64,000 nt of DNA from an uncultured Lachnospiraceae bacterium (GTDB lineage: Bacteria; Bacillota; Clostridia; Lachnospirales; Lachnospiraceae). Location: positions 4,649 through 68,648 of the forward strand of contig CANPUE010000006.1 of NCBI GenBank assembly GCA_947577185.1. Reading direction: 5' to 3'. The position numbers and the translations under genes were made by a program. Of the stretch, positions 37,399 through 49,359 are shown one piece after another (the stretch's first letter is position 1; the number at the start of each line of letters is the position of its first letter). The notes beneath the pieces are model-generated. The model was not told where the DNA came from. It saw only the letters and a program-made list of their open reading frames with translations, and ran no database searches.

Positions 37399-38622
37399 TT
37401 ATGCACCGAACAGATCACGATACCACTGCAGGGATCTGGTATAAGCATCATAAGTCTGGGCGATGTCAAACTGTTTCAGGACCATCAGTCTGGAGACTTC
37501 CTGCCAGGAAGCTGCCTCATATTGATAGATAAACTCAAGCACAGGCGCCAGTTCTCCCGTCTGGTTCACCAGTGCATCCTCTATATTTTTTGATACTTTG
37601 ACCAATTTGAGCGCTTCTGCCATAGGCTGATCCAGAATCAGATCCAGTATGGAGAACAGGCCCATTAAGAATAACTCTGAAGCAAAACCGGCCATTCCAA
37701 AAACGGGTGCAAGATTTTCTGCATATTTTGCGCGGAGCAGAGAAAGCCTTGTGATCTCATTGGGCTTATCGGCACACAGTTCTTTCGTGACCGCCGTATT
37801 GATCCACTTTTTCAGTTCTTTCTGTCCAAGCATTGCTGCCGCATGTCTGATCGACGTGATTCCTGAGTTGACACTCATCCGGTTCACCATTTGTAACAGA
37901 GAAATAACAAGCGCAGTATCGCGCCCAATCACATCAGCCGCTTTTGTCAGATCAAAGTCGCTGTCGTTGACCAGATTCAGCAGCTCGATATAATTGGATT
38001 TTAAAGGTGCCACTTCCTTCAGCCCTTTTGTGATCGGCACGCGGAAGAAATGTCCTTCATAAAGTTCGTAACCGCCGTCATTTTTCAACCGGTCAAAATC
38101 TTCCTGAGAATCGACGTTCACAGCACAGATTCTGATGGACGGATAAAGCTTCCGCAGATGGTTCTTTGCTTTGTCCAGATCTGTTTTTTTCTGGTCGAGT
38201 AAAATATAATCCATGAGGAGAAGCACTTCATGATATGCTTCAAACTGATCCGCAGACAATTTCCTGACTGCAATCTTATACCTCATTTTTTTCAGTTCTT
38301 TTAACCGGTTGATATACATGGGTTCCGGTTTGATCGTAGAATCTGCCAACAGGACCAGTCTTTCATGGGGCGCATTGCATTGCGCATTGATATCCGAGAA
38401 AATGGAAATATTGTTGATTTCCACAAAAACTTCCTTATCCGTCGATAAGGTCTCGATTCCCATACTTTCGATCAGGTCAAGACCGGCAACCGTGGCGGCG
38501 CCGTCATTCATGCCGGTGCCCAAAAGGCTGGGGGTCAGAAGGTAGTTTTTTTTCTGTGCAAACAGGGAATAAGCCCTTACAGTTACTGTTTCGTCAAACA
38601 ATGGAATGAGTGTCGCTAGCAT
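37399..38622 (-). CDS. EAL-HDOD (YuxH/PdeH-like) protein with degenerate EAL domain
   Basis: HDOD: DTALVISLLQMVN, SIRHAAAMLG, FLMGLFSILD; N-terminal EAL-like layout. Confidence 0.8.
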   Translation of the reverse strand: MLATLIPLFDETVTVRAYSLFAQKKNYLLTPSLLGTGMNDGAATVAGLDLIESMGIETLSTDKEVFVEINNISIFSDINAQCNAPHERLVLLADSTIKPEPMYINRLKELKKMRYKIAVRKLSADQFEAYHEVLLLMDYILLDQKKTDLDKAKNHLRKLYPSIRICAVNVDSQEDFDRLKNDGGYELYEGHFFRVPITKGLKEVAPLKSNYIELLNLVNDSDFDLTKAADVIGRDTALVISLLQMVNRMSVNSGITSIRHAAAMLGQKELKKWINTAVTKELCADKPNEITRLSLLRAKYAENLAPVFGMAGFASELFLMGLFSILDLILDQPMAEALKLVKVSKNIEDALVNQTGELAPVLEFIYQYEAASWQEVSRLMVLKQFDIAQTYDAYTRSLQWYRDLFGA

Positions 38623-38756
38623 AATGAATTCTCCTCTTAAAAGTAAACTGACTTGTTACCACTATACTAATTATACTATATTAGCGAGGATATTAATATA
38701 CTTTTTGTGAATGTTTCCAAAATATTTTTCGCCACTCGCTTTCCGAACCGGTTTTG

Positions 38757-39245
38757 CTATTGTCCGTTGATATAATTGATAAGCCCCTCTGCTGCGATAA
38801 TCTTCTGCATAAATTCAGGGAAAGCCTGCCCTTTGTAGGTGGTGCCTTTGGTGACATCCGTGATCACCCCGGTATCGAAATTGACTTCCACAACATCACC
38901 GGCATCGATATTTGCGGCCGCTTCCGGACATTCGATGATCGGAAGGCCGATATTGATCGCATTACGGTAAAAAATCCTTGCAAAGGTCTCTGCGATCACA
39001 CAGCTGACGCCCGCCGCTTTGATGGCAATCGGGGCATGTTCTCTTGAAGAACCGCATCCGAAGTTTTTGTCTGCTACGATGATGTCACCCTTTTGTACTT
39101 TCCTGATAAATTCCTGATCGATGTCTTCCATGCAGTGAGCCGCAAGCTCTGCCGGGTCGGAAGAATTCAGGTAACGCGCCGGGATAATGACATCTGTATC
39201 TACATTATCACCATATTTAAAAACAGTTCCTTTTGCCGCTTTCAT
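38757..39245 (-). CDS. leuD: 3-isopropylmalate dehydratase small subunit
   Basis: [33 protein letters not shown]. Confidence 0.92.
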   Translation of the reverse strand: MKAAKGTVFKYGDNVDTDVIIPARYLNSSDPAELAAHCMEDIDQEFIRKVQKGDIIVADKNFGCGSSREHAPIAIKAAGVSCVIAETFARIFYRNAINIGLPIIECPEAAANIDAGDVVEVNFDTGVITDVTKGTTYKGQAFPEFMQKIIAAEGLINYINGQ

Positions 39246-39246
39246 G

Positions 39247-40533
39247 TTAAACCTCCTGCTCTTTCATATTGGTCAGGCTGCAGGGACAGGATATTTTTCC
39301 TGTTATGGCGCTCGCCGCCGCGACAGCCGGGCTGGCCAGATAGATTTCAGAATCCACATGTCCCATTCTGCCCACAAAGTTACGGTTTGTCGTGGATACG
39401 CAGCGTTCACCGGCCGCAAGAATCCCCATATAACCGCCAAGGCATGGTCCGCAGGTCGGTGTGCTGACAATTGCGCCGGCCTCAATAAAGGTCTTTAAAA
39501 GCCCCTCTTCCATTGCCTGCATATAGATCGCCTGTGTCGCGGGAATGATGATGCACCGCATGCCTCTGGCTACATGTCTGCCCTTTAAGACTTCGGCCGC
39601 AGCCCGCAGATCGTTAAGCCTGCCGTTTGTGCACGATCCGATCACAACCTGATCGATCCGGATATCCTCTTTGATCTCGTCGATCGTCTTCGTATTTTCC
39701 GGCAGGTGCGGGAATGCGACTGTCGGACGCAGAGTGCTCAGATCGATCGTATATTCCGCCTCATAAACAGCGTCTTCATCTGCCTCATAGATCGTATAGT
39801 TTTTGGTGGAATGCTCTTTCATGTAGGCGATGGCAATATCATCCACCGGAAAAATGCCGTTTTTGCCGCCTGCCTCGATCGCCATATTGGCAATGGTAAA
39901 GCGGTCGTCCATGGAAAGATTTTTGATGCCGTCTCCCACAAATTCCATGGACTGATACAACGCCCCGTCCACACCGATCATGCCGATGATGTGTAAAATC
40001 ACATCCTTGCCGCTCACCCACTTACCGGGTTTGCCGACAAGATGGAACCGGATTGCAGACGGTACTTTAAACCAGGCTTTGCCGGTTGCCATACCTGCCG
40101 CCATATCAGTACTGCCCACACCTGTAGAGAACGCCCCGAGCGCTCCGTAAGTGCAGGTATGGGAATCTGCACCGATAATCACGTCTCCCGCCACGGTCAG
40201 TCCTTTTTCCGGAAGAAGGGCGTGTTCGATGCCCATTTCACCCACTTCAAAATAGTTCGTAATCTCATTACGGTATGCAAATTCTCTGACACATTTACAG
40301 TGTTCTGCGGATTTGATGTCTTTATTGGGCACAAAATGATCCGGGACAAGTGCGATCCTGTCTTTGTCAAAAACGCCGTCCACATTCATCTTTTCCATTT
40401 CTTTGATCGCAACCGGGCTGGTGATGTCATTGCCGAGCACCAGATCAAGGCTCGCCTCGATCAACTGGCCGGCCTCGACTTTTTCCAGTCCCGCATGTGC
40501 GGCAAGAATCTTCTGGGTCATTGTCATTCCCAT
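39247..40533 (-). CDS. leuC: 3-isopropylmalate dehydratase large subunit
   Basis: [28 protein letters not shown]. Confidence 0.92.
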   Translation of the reverse strand: MGMTMTQKILAAHAGLEKVEAGQLIEASLDLVLGNDITSPVAIKEMEKMNVDGVFDKDRIALVPDHFVPNKDIKSAEHCKCVREFAYRNEITNYFEVGEMGIEHALLPEKGLTVAGDVIIGADSHTCTYGALGAFSTGVGSTDMAAGMATGKAWFKVPSAIRFHLVGKPGKWVSGKDVILHIIGMIGVDGALYQSMEFVGDGIKNLSMDDRFTIANMAIEAGGKNGIFPVDDIAIAYMKEHSTKNYTIYEADEDAVYEAEYTIDLSTLRPTVAFPHLPENTKTIDEIKEDIRIDQVVIGSCTNGRLNDLRAAAEVLKGRHVARGMRCIIIPATQAIYMQAMEEGLLKTFIEAGAIVSTPTCGPCLGGYMGILAAGERCVSTTNRNFVGRMGHVDSEIYLASPAVAAASAITGKISCPCSLTNMKEQEV

Positions 40534-40731
40534 TGTGAAAACCTCCTTTTTTCCTGTTTTGTGTGTTTTGCCGGATTAGCTGGCTTTATTATAGCATTTC
40601 TTTTTCTATTCTTAAAATATATATTATTTATATTTACTATTCTTTATAGTTATAGTAATATAAGGGCGGATAGACCTGTTGATCATACGGAAGAAAACCG
40701 TTATCTGATCGTCTGCCGGAAAGGAGAACGC

Positions 40732-41664
40732 ATGGATGCACCATTGAATCTGTATCATATTTTTCATACTGTTGCCAAAACCGGGAATATCTCACTGGCC
40801 GCAAAAGAATTGTATATCAGCCAGCCTGCGGTCAGTAAGTCGGTTTCCAGGCTGGAAGAGATTCTGAATACAACGTTGTTTTATCGGAGTTCACGGGGCG
40901 TGAGACTGACTGCGGAAGGCGCCCTGCTCGCGGATCAGCTCACCAGTGCATTTGCTTCCATCTCATACGGGGAAGAACAGATCCACAAGATTAACAAACT
41001 TGGTATCGGTCAGATCGCGATCGGCGTCAGCGCTACACTGTGTAAATATGTGCTGCTTCCTTATCTGCAGACATTTATCCGGGAAAATCCCCATATCAGA
41101 ATATCGATTGCCTGTCAGCCGACAATGGAAACGATCGAGAGCCTGCAAAACGGCACGCTTGACATCGGATTGATCGGGGAGGCGCATGAGGTGAAAGATC
41201 TGGAATTTGTTCCGGTCATGGAGATCCAGGACGCTTTTGTGACCACCAGGCAATATCTGCGTAACCTTGCCACCCGTCTGGAAAAAACGGAAACAGATCT
41301 GTGTAGAGACAATAACGCGGCACTCTGGCGAAACGGTACATTTCTGATGTTAAACGGGGAAAATATTTCCAGACGCTACATAGATGCCTATCTGGAACGG
41401 GAACAGATCGCACTCTCTCAGTCCATCGAAGTGTCTGCCATGGATCTGCTCATTGAATTTGCCAAAATCGATATGGGAATTGCGTGTGTGATAGAAAACT
41501 TCGTAAAAAAAGAGATGGAAAGTCATACATTGATCAAGCTTCCGCTCGCAGCGCCGATCCCGAAAAGAAAAATCGGATTCGCATGGAAAAAGCAGGCAGC
41601 CTCCACCGCTTCCGTACAGAAATTTCAGGCAGTGTTCCGGGCGGCTGACTCCATACATCATTAA
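40732..41664 (+). CDS. LysR-family regulator divergent from leuCD
   Basis: NISLAAKELYISQPAVSKSVSRLE; AAGGAG RBS before ATG at 40732. Confidence 0.93.
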   Translation: MDAPLNLYHIFHTVAKTGNISLAAKELYISQPAVSKSVSRLEEILNTTLFYRSSRGVRLTAEGALLADQLTSAFASISYGEEQIHKINKLGIGQIAIGVSATLCKYVLLPYLQTFIRENPHIRISIACQPTMETIESLQNGTLDIGLIGEAHEVKDLEFVPVMEIQDAFVTTRQYLRNLATRLEKTETDLCRDNNAALWRNGTFLMLNGENISRRYIDAYLEREQIALSQSIEVSAMDLLIEFAKIDMGIACVIENFVKKEMESHTLIKLPLAAPIPKRKIGFAWKKQAASTASVQKFQAVFRAADSIHH

Positions 41665-41695
41665 AGACGCCAGGATTTGGTGCGGCGTCTACATT

Positions 41696-42259
41696 TTATT
41701 GCATTTCGGAAATGATGTCGTCCACGGAATGAGTTGTGATGTACTGGAAGATATCAGCCATCTGTGCGGGGGAAAGACTCATATTCATGCGAAGCCAGTT
41801 TATGACGATAAAAGTCATGGATTGTGCAAAATATTCCGCGATCAGATCGACGGTCAGTCCTTTTTTGGCCGCAGTCCGTTTTCCGGCTTTTTCATTGATG
41901 AAAGTAAACAGGATTTCTTTGATAAACTTTCTGGTGATATTTTCGCAGGAATGCTGTCCTTCGAGCCGCACGACTTTCGTATAAAAAGTCTTTTCTTTCT
42001 GCAGATTTGCAAAGATCAGAATCAGCCCTTCGTGCAGATACCCTTCCTCGATCAACGGAATGATGGGGTCAAGGATCTCTGTGCGGATGATCCACTCAAG
42101 AAGTTCATACTTATCCTGGAAATGATTATAGAAAGTAGGCCGGATGACTCCGGCCTTATCTGTGATCTCTTTGATGGTTATCTTATCGATCGGCGCTCCT
42201 GCGGCCAGCTCTTTAAAGCTTTCCGCAAGAAGCCTGTCCACATTGGTTCTATTATGCAT
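41696..42259 (-). CDS. TetR/AcrR-family regulator (DhaS-like)
   Basis: KITIKEITDKAGVIRPTFYNHFQDKYELL. Confidence 0.9.
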   Translation of the reverse strand: MHNRTNVDRLLAESFKELAAGAPIDKITIKEITDKAGVIRPTFYNHFQDKYELLEWIIRTEILDPIIPLIEEGYLHEGLILIFANLQKEKTFYTKVVRLEGQHSCENITRKFIKEILFTFINEKAGKRTAAKKGLTVDLIAEYFAQSMTFIVINWLRMNMSLSPAQMADIFQYITTHSVDDIISEMQ

Positions 42260-42304
42260 AGTTCCTCCGTAAGATGATGGAACCGGTCAGGGATTCACTT
42301 CTGA

Positions 42305-43354
<1,050 letters not shown>

Positions 43355-43395
43355 TCATATTCATAGCTAAAGGGATCTTCTCCCCAGAGTTAACA

Positions 43396-43893
43396 TTATA
43401 GATAAGTAACGTTTTCCGTTCCGCGTCCGAGTCCGGCAAGGCCTGTCCTTGCAAGTTCCAGGATCTCATAACCGTCCAGAAGATCTATGAACGCATCGAT
43501 TTTGTCCTGATTGCCTGTCAGTTCTACAATCAGACTGTCTTTTGAGACATCGACGATCTTGGCGCGGAAAATATCAACGACTGAGATCACGCCCTGCCTC
43601 TGTTCCGCATTCGTTCTGACCTTGATCATTGCCAGTTCACGATATACACTCTCGTTCGGTTTTAATTCCTTGATATCGCGTACATCCACGAGTTTTGCAA
43701 CCTGTTTTTTGATCTGATCAAGGATCACATCATCACCGGAAGTCACGATGGTAATGCGGGTATAACGCGGGTCAGCCGTCACGCCTGCCGTAATACTCTC
43801 AATATTATAACCGCGTCTGGAAAACAGTCCTGAGATCCGGCTTAAAACACCGGATGTATTATCAACCAGAAGCTGAAGTACTTTTTTGTGCAT
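43396..43893 (-). CDS. ilvN: Acetolactate synthase small subunit (copy upstream of ilvC)
   Basis: GVLSRISGLFSRRGYNIESI, ELARTG. Confidence 0.93.
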   Translation of the reverse strand: MHKKVLQLLVDNTSGVLSRISGLFSRRGYNIESITAGVTADPRYTRITIVTSGDDVILDQIKKQVAKLVDVRDIKELKPNESVYRELAMIKVRTNAEQRQGVISVVDIFRAKIVDVSKDSLIVELTGNQDKIDAFIDLLDGYEILELARTGLAGLGRGTENVTYL

Positions 43894-43953
43894 AGTAAAA
43901 CCTGCCTTTCCCAAACAATCAACCTGCCAATTAACAGCAAAACACTGTCAATC

Positions 43954-43982
43954 ATTGTAACAACTATCAAATAAAAAGTCAA
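43954..43982 (-). promoter_or_regulatory. Internal SigA promoter for the second ilvN and ilvC
   Basis: TTGACT-N17-TACAAT with TG extended -10. Confidence 0.7.
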
Positions 43983-44012
43983 TAGTCACACAATTTAAGC
44001 GATTACCCATGT

Positions 44013-44507
44013 TTATTCTCCCGAAGGAGTATCCATACATTTGGGCAGGGCCAGCGTCCCTGTCCTTGCAACCTCCACAACACTTATGGACTGTAACATC
44101 GTGATTAACAGATTCGTCTTCTCCGGCACATCGCAGATCTGTATGATCATGAGATGTTTGGACATGTCTACAATGCTTGCTTTCATGATTTCACAGGTTT
44201 CCATGATATCACGTCTGTTGTTTCGGTTATATTTTACTTTGATTAACATCAGCTCGCGGCTGACGCTGGCTGTTTCATCAAAAGTCTTTACTTTAATGAC
44301 ATCCAGCTTTTTGTTGAGCTGTTTTTCAATCTGTTCGATCGTACGCTCATCGCCGCTGCTGACTATGGTCATGCAGGAGACTCTCGGATCATCGGTCTCA
44401 CCGACTGCCAGGGAATCGATATTAAAACATCTTCTGGAAAACAGTCCGGCCACTTTACACAAAACACCGGATCGGTTTTCCACCAGTACGGAATAAATTT
44501 TTTTCAT
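44013..44507 (-). CDS. ilvN: Acetolactate synthase small subunit (copy following ilvB)
   Basis: GVLCKVAGLFSRRCFNIDSL, EVARTG. Confidence 0.9.
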   Translation of the reverse strand: MKKIYSVLVENRSGVLCKVAGLFSRRCFNIDSLAVGETDDPRVSCMTIVSSGDERTIEQIEKQLNKKLDVIKVKTFDETASVSRELMLIKVKYNRNNRRDIMETCEIMKASIVDMSKHLMIIQICDVPEKTNLLITMLQSISVVEVARTGTLALPKCMDTPSGE

Positions 44508-44526
44508 CTCTGTCACCAAACTCCTT

Positions 44527-46140
44527 TCACACCAGGTCCATGGGGTCAATGATACATTCTAAAAGCACGGATTCGTCATGTGCAAGAAATCCTGCAATCG
44601 TTTCTTCTGCCTTTTCCATTGTGTGAAGGCGCATAAACTTCATATCATATGCCATGGCAAGCTTTTCCAGGTCCGGACTTCCGGACAGATCTACGACGGA
44701 GTAGCGGTCTTCGTAAGTAAAATGCTGATACTGTCTTACCATGCCGAGATAATTATTTTTTAAAACAATAATTTTCACAGGGATGTGGAACTGACGCATC
44801 GTTGCAAGTTCCATCATGGACATCTGGAAGGAACCGTCACCGCAGACCGCGACTACCTGTTTTGCGGGGCAGGCAAGTCTGGCGCCCATAGCGGCCGGAA
44901 TGGAATACCCCATCGTGCCCATGCCGCCGGTTGTGAGAAAACGTCCGTCTTTCACGATATGGTAGGAACATGACCAGATCTGGTTCTGACCGACATCCGC
45001 GACATAGACGGCGTCATCTTCCATCTGTTCTGACAGCAGGCGGATGAATTCTGCAGGGTCGACATAAGCCGGATCCGGATGACGTTTTTTCTGCATTGTC
45101 TCACGATAATGATCTAAGAGGGAGATCCATTCCTCATGTTCACAGGTAAATTCTTCTTTGGAAAGATCTTCGAAAATATGTTTCGCATCACCGACAAGCG
45201 GAATGGCGGCACCGACATTCTTGCCGATCTCCGCAGGATCGACGTCAATATGCACGAGCACTTTATTTTCCGTGATCAGATCGGGCTGGGAAACCGCACG
45301 GTCAGCGACCCTTGCACCCACCATGATCAGAAGGTCTGATTCGTTCATGGCCCTGTTGGCATATGGTTTGCCGTTATTTCCGACCATGCCGTAATACATC
45401 GGATGTCTGGTCGGCATAACGCCGATCCCCATCATTGTGGATACGACCGGAATCTTGTATTTCTGCGCAAACGCACGCAGTTCTTTCTCCGCATCGCTAA
45501 GCAGTACGCCTCCGCCTGCACAGATGATCGGGCGTTTGGCTTTGGAAAGTTCTCCGATGACTTTCCTGATCTGGATCGCATGACCCTTGATGGTCGGTTT
45601 ATAGGTACGCAGATTGACAGATTCCGGATAATTAAATTTGCGGACGGGCGCATTCTGCACATCGATGGGTATATCGATCAGAACCGGTCCTTTTCTGCCG
45701 GAATTGGCGATATAAAAAGCTTCTTTAAAGATGCGCGGGATTTCGTTCGCATCTTTCACCAGATAACTGTATTTGACAAAGGATTCCACGGCGCCTGTGA
45801 TATCCGCTTCCTGGAACACATCGGAACCGAGCAGTTCACTGTTTACCTGTCCCGTGATACAGACTAACGGAATGCTGTCCGCGAAAGCAGTCGCGATACC
45901 GGTAATGACATTGGTCGCACCGGGACCCGATGTAACCGCACAGACTCCGACTTTTCCGCTCACTCTCGCAAGGCCGCTGGCAGCATGTGCCGCATTCTGT
46001 TCCGTACGAATCAGGATCGTCTGGATCTCAGAATTTAGTATACTATTATAAAACGGACAAATGGCAACACCCGGATAGCCGAATACATAGTCTACGTTTT
46101 CGGCCTCTAAGCATTTCACGATCGCATCTGCACCTAACAT
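44527..46140 (-). CDS. ilvB: Acetolactate synthase large subunit
   Basis: FGYPG, TSGPGATN, DVGQNQ, GDGSFQM...NNYLGMVRQ. Confidence 0.95.
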   Translation of the reverse strand: MLGADAIVKCLEAENVDYVFGYPGVAICPFYNSILNSEIQTILIRTEQNAAHAASGLARVSGKVGVCAVTSGPGATNVITGIATAFADSIPLVCITGQVNSELLGSDVFQEADITGAVESFVKYSYLVKDANEIPRIFKEAFYIANSGRKGPVLIDIPIDVQNAPVRKFNYPESVNLRTYKPTIKGHAIQIRKVIGELSKAKRPIICAGGGVLLSDAEKELRAFAQKYKIPVVSTMMGIGVMPTRHPMYYGMVGNNGKPYANRAMNESDLLIMVGARVADRAVSQPDLITENKVLVHIDVDPAEIGKNVGAAIPLVGDAKHIFEDLSKEEFTCEHEEWISLLDHYRETMQKKRHPDPAYVDPAEFIRLLSEQMEDDAVYVADVGQNQIWSCSYHIVKDGRFLTTGGMGTMGYSIPAAMGARLACPAKQVVAVCGDGSFQMSMMELATMRQFHIPVKIIVLKNNYLGMVRQYQHFTYEDRYSVVDLSGSPDLEKLAMAYDMKFMRLHTMEKAEETIAGFLAHDESVLLECIIDPMDLV

Positions 46141-46144
46141 ATTT

Positions 46145-48610
46145 TTAACTCCTCTCTGTTTTCAAAATCCGTTTTGTCAGTTTCACGGCATCCGCCGCGT
46201 CTTTGGAATAGCCGTCCGCACCGATCTCATCTGCATATTCCTGCGTAATGACGGCGCCGCCGACAATGATTTTCGCCGCAACCTGTTTTTCTTTCGCGTA
46301 TTCTATCACATGCTTCATCTGCTGCATGGTAGTTGTCATCAGAGCAGACAGTGCGATGACCTGTGCGTGATGGGTAATCGCCGCCTCGATAATCTTTTCT
46401 TTCGGGACATCCTTTCCCAGGTCTATCACCTGAAATCCATAGTTTTTTAACATCAGGGAGACCAGATTCTTGCCGATATCGTGAATATCGCCTTCTACTG
46501 TGGCGATGACGACCGTGGGCATTTCCGCCTGTGTGTTCTTTTCCAAAAGCATCGGCTCCAGATATTCGATCGAAGCTTTCATCGCCTCGGCGCTTGCAAT
46601 TAACTGCGGCAGGAAATATTTTCCTTTATCGAACAGCTCTCCTACTTCATTGATCGCCGGCAGAAGAATCTCATCCAGCAGCTTTTTCGGCTCATTTCCC
46701 TCATCCAGGGCTTTTTTCGTATCAGACACAATGCCTTTTTGATTGCCTTTTAAGACGTCGGCATGTAATTTATCCAGGATGGAGACGGCGTCTGAGGGCA
46801 CTTCTTTTTTGCCGGCAAAAGGGATCCCTTCAGGTTTCGCCACAGTCTGCCCGGAGGCTTCCCTTTTTTGTCTGACGGCTTCCATCAATTGAATATAGCG
46901 GATATCCGAGCCTTCTTTATTTAAAAGCAGATCGGAGGCAAATGCCAGGCTGACAAGCATCTCCTGGGACGGATTGGCGATCGCCATAGTCAGTCCGGCC
47001 TGCAGCGCCATTGTCAAAAATGCAGAATTGACATAGCTTCGCTCCGGCAGTCCGAAAGAAATGTTGGAAAGGCCGCAGATCGTAGCAAGTCCGTTTTCCT
47101 TACAATAGCGTATCGTATCCAGTGTCTCAGCCGCCGCCTGTCTGTTCGCGCCGGCTGTGGTAACCAGTCCGTCCACGATGATATCTTCTTTGCGCATGCC
47201 AAGTTCCAGGGCATGTTTTTGTATTTTCTCTATGATCCCGATCTTTTCCGGAAGATCTTTTGGAAGGCCTTCATCAGAAAGCGGAAGCAGGATAAACATC
47301 GCACCGTATTTCCTGGCAATCGGCAGGAGTTTCTCGACTTTTACCTTCTCATAGGAAATCGAATTGATTAAAGCACGGCCCGGGTATCTGCGCAGAGCGG
47401 CTTCTATGACATCCACATGGCTGGAATCGATGGACAGCGGCAGGCTCGTAAGTCCTCCTATCGTCTCAATCGCCTTTAGCATCATCGCTTTTTCGTCGAT
47501 ACCGCTCATCCCCATATTGACATCTAATATGGAGGCGCCGCAGGCTTCCTGCTCTTCTGCAAAGGCGGATACCATCTCCATGGAACCCTCCCGCAGCTGT
47601 GCCTGCAGTTTCTTCTTCCCGGTGGGGTTGATGCGCTCTCCTACAATCATGAAATTATCATTGAGCCCAAAGGCCACGGTCTGACGCTCGCTGGCCAGAT
47701 AACGCATACCGTCCGTATTTCTTTCACGGACAGGCATACCGCTTAACGCCTCTTTCGCAGCCCGGATATAAGCCGGAGAAGTACCGCAGCAGCCTCCGAC
47801 AATGGAAGCGCCGGCCTCCACGATCGCCCGCATGCCCTGTGCAAACTCTGCTTCTCCCATGTCATAAACCGTCTGTCCGTTTTCATCTAAGAGAGGCAGT
47901 CCGGCATTTGGTTTGGCGATAATCGGGATCGTTGTCACATCCGCCATATCGCGTATGATGGAGACCATTTTATCCGGTCCGGTGGAACAGTTGGCGCCGA
48001 TAGCGGCAGCGCCGAGACTCTCCAGAACAACGGCGGCCGTCCTGGCATCCGTTCCAAATAATGTCCTGCCGTCCGCCTCGAATGTCATGGTGGTCATGAC
48101 CGGCAGATCGCACACTTCTTTGGCGGCAATCAGAGCCGCTCTGGTTTCCTGCAGACTCATCATCGTTTCCACGACGAGCAGGTCAACGCCAGCCTGTACC
48201 AGATACGTAATCTGTTCTTTATAGACTGTGATCAGCTCCTCAAAATCCATTTTGCCGATGGGTGCAAGCTGTTCACCTGTCATGGTGATGTCACCTGCAA
48301 CATATGCCCTTCCTGCCGCGGCCTCTTTGGAAACCGCCACCAGCGCATGATTCATTTCCTGAATCTTTTGCGCAAGGCCGTATTCTTTCAATTTGATGCG
48401 GTTGGCGGAAAAAGTCGGTGCATAGAGAATCTGACTGCCCGCCTCCACATATTCCTGCTGGAGTCCGATCATGACATCTTTATGATCCAGTATCCACTGC
48501 TCCGGGCAGACGCCTGCCGGCAGACCTCTTTTTTGGAGGTTAGAACCTGTCGCACCATCCAGAAAAATGAGTTTGTTCTGTGTCAATGCCTGAAATTCCT
48601 GTCTGTTCAT
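46145..48610 (-). CDS. metH: Cobalamin-dependent methionine synthase core (Hcy, pterin and B12 domains; no reactivation domain)
   Basis: GANCS, GGCCGT, GERINPTGK, GLSNISFG, DIHDIGKN. Confidence 0.85.
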   Translation of the reverse strand: MNRQEFQALTQNKLIFLDGATGSNLQKRGLPAGVCPEQWILDHKDVMIGLQQEYVEAGSQILYAPTFSANRIKLKEYGLAQKIQEMNHALVAVSKEAAAGRAYVAGDITMTGEQLAPIGKMDFEELITVYKEQITYLVQAGVDLLVVETMMSLQETRAALIAAKEVCDLPVMTTMTFEADGRTLFGTDARTAAVVLESLGAAAIGANCSTGPDKMVSIIRDMADVTTIPIIAKPNAGLPLLDENGQTVYDMGEAEFAQGMRAIVEAGASIVGGCCGTSPAYIRAAKEALSGMPVRERNTDGMRYLASERQTVAFGLNDNFMIVGERINPTGKKKLQAQLREGSMEMVSAFAEEQEACGASILDVNMGMSGIDEKAMMLKAIETIGGLTSLPLSIDSSHVDVIEAALRRYPGRALINSISYEKVKVEKLLPIARKYGAMFILLPLSDEGLPKDLPEKIGIIEKIQKHALELGMRKEDIIVDGLVTTAGANRQAAAETLDTIRYCKENGLATICGLSNISFGLPERSYVNSAFLTMALQAGLTMAIANPSQEMLVSLAFASDLLLNKEGSDIRYIQLMEAVRQKREASGQTVAKPEGIPFAGKKEVPSDAVSILDKLHADVLKGNQKGIVSDTKKALDEGNEPKKLLDEILLPAINEVGELFDKGKYFLPQLIASAEAMKASIEYLEPMLLEKNTQAEMPTVVIATVEGDIHDIGKNLVSLMLKNYGFQVIDLGKDVPKEKIIEAAITHHAQVIALSALMTTTMQQMKHVIEYAKEKQVAAKIIVGGAVITQEYADEIGADGYSKDAADAVKLTKRILKTERS

Positions 48611-48652
48611 GTGTCTTCTTAACAACCGTGCCTTTCTTTTGGTTTACATAAC

Positions 48653-49309
48653 TTATGTTTCCGGTTCCTCATAGAAAACCGTATCGTCTGTATCAAAATT
48701 ATCTTCCGGAGGCACTTCCTCACCGGATGGTGCCTCGGCTGGCGTCTCACCGCCCTGTGTACCGGATTCTTCGCCGGTATCATCTTCGTTGGGCTGATTC
48801 AGATAGCCGCCGCCGAATATTTTATTTTCTTCCGTATAGGTGACACCTTCCCCTTGCGGGATCTCCCCATGCAAAAGCGTGATGATATACTGGATTCTCG
48901 TGTTGGCTCTCTCGTAATATTCCCTTGCCGCCTGCTCCACATTCACATCATATTCCCCGTTTTCATATGCCATATGATAAAAGGAAACTGCCTGTGTCAT
49001 ATTCTCACTTGCCTCATCCGCCAGGCTGTCCACGGCAGAAAACTCTTCCGGTACTTCCAGCCCAGCCATCCACGCAACTTCCGCGTCCAGTGCGTCCAGA
49101 TACGACAGCATCTGCGTAAGATAATCCGGCTGACTTACATCGACCGCATTCATATTGTTGTCAAATTCCGCAATATGTTCAAAAAAAGTCTGCATATCTT
49201 TCTGGTACTGACTTAACGCTTCATCTTCTCCGCACCCGACAAGAATCAGAGCGTAAAGAAGCGCCAAACATGCCCCGCTGCATTTTTTCAAAACATTTGT
49301 CCTCCCCAT
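48653..49309 (-). CDS. Putative lipoprotein
   Basis: LVGC lipobox; helical body; acidic tail. Confidence 0.75.
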   Translation of the reverse strand: MGRTNVLKKCSGACLALLYALILVGCGEDEALSQYQKDMQTFFEHIAEFDNNMNAVDVSQPDYLTQMLSYLDALDAEVAWMAGLEVPEEFSAVDSLADEASENMTQAVSFYHMAYENGEYDVNVEQAAREYYERANTRIQYIITLLHGEIPQGEGVTYTEENKIFGGGYLNQPNEDDTGEESGTQGGETPAEAPSGEEVPPEDNFDTDDTVFYEEPET

Positions 49310-49359
49310 TCTGTGTCCGTATTCGTTACTTTATCTAAGAATGTACCACAAATTGCGTA

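Noticed and set aside
33463-38700. Accessory-looking patch as a mobile element
   Set aside because: No integrase, transposase, att sites or terminal repeats were found
40701-40720. CTGATCGTCTGC shared with the intergenic region near 58287
   Set aside because: A single 12-mer match is expected by chance in 64 kb
40042-40731. 540 aa LysR ORF with a long N-terminal extension
   Set aside because: The extension is antisense to leuC and crosses the AT-rich spacer; a clear RBS and LysR start lie at 40732
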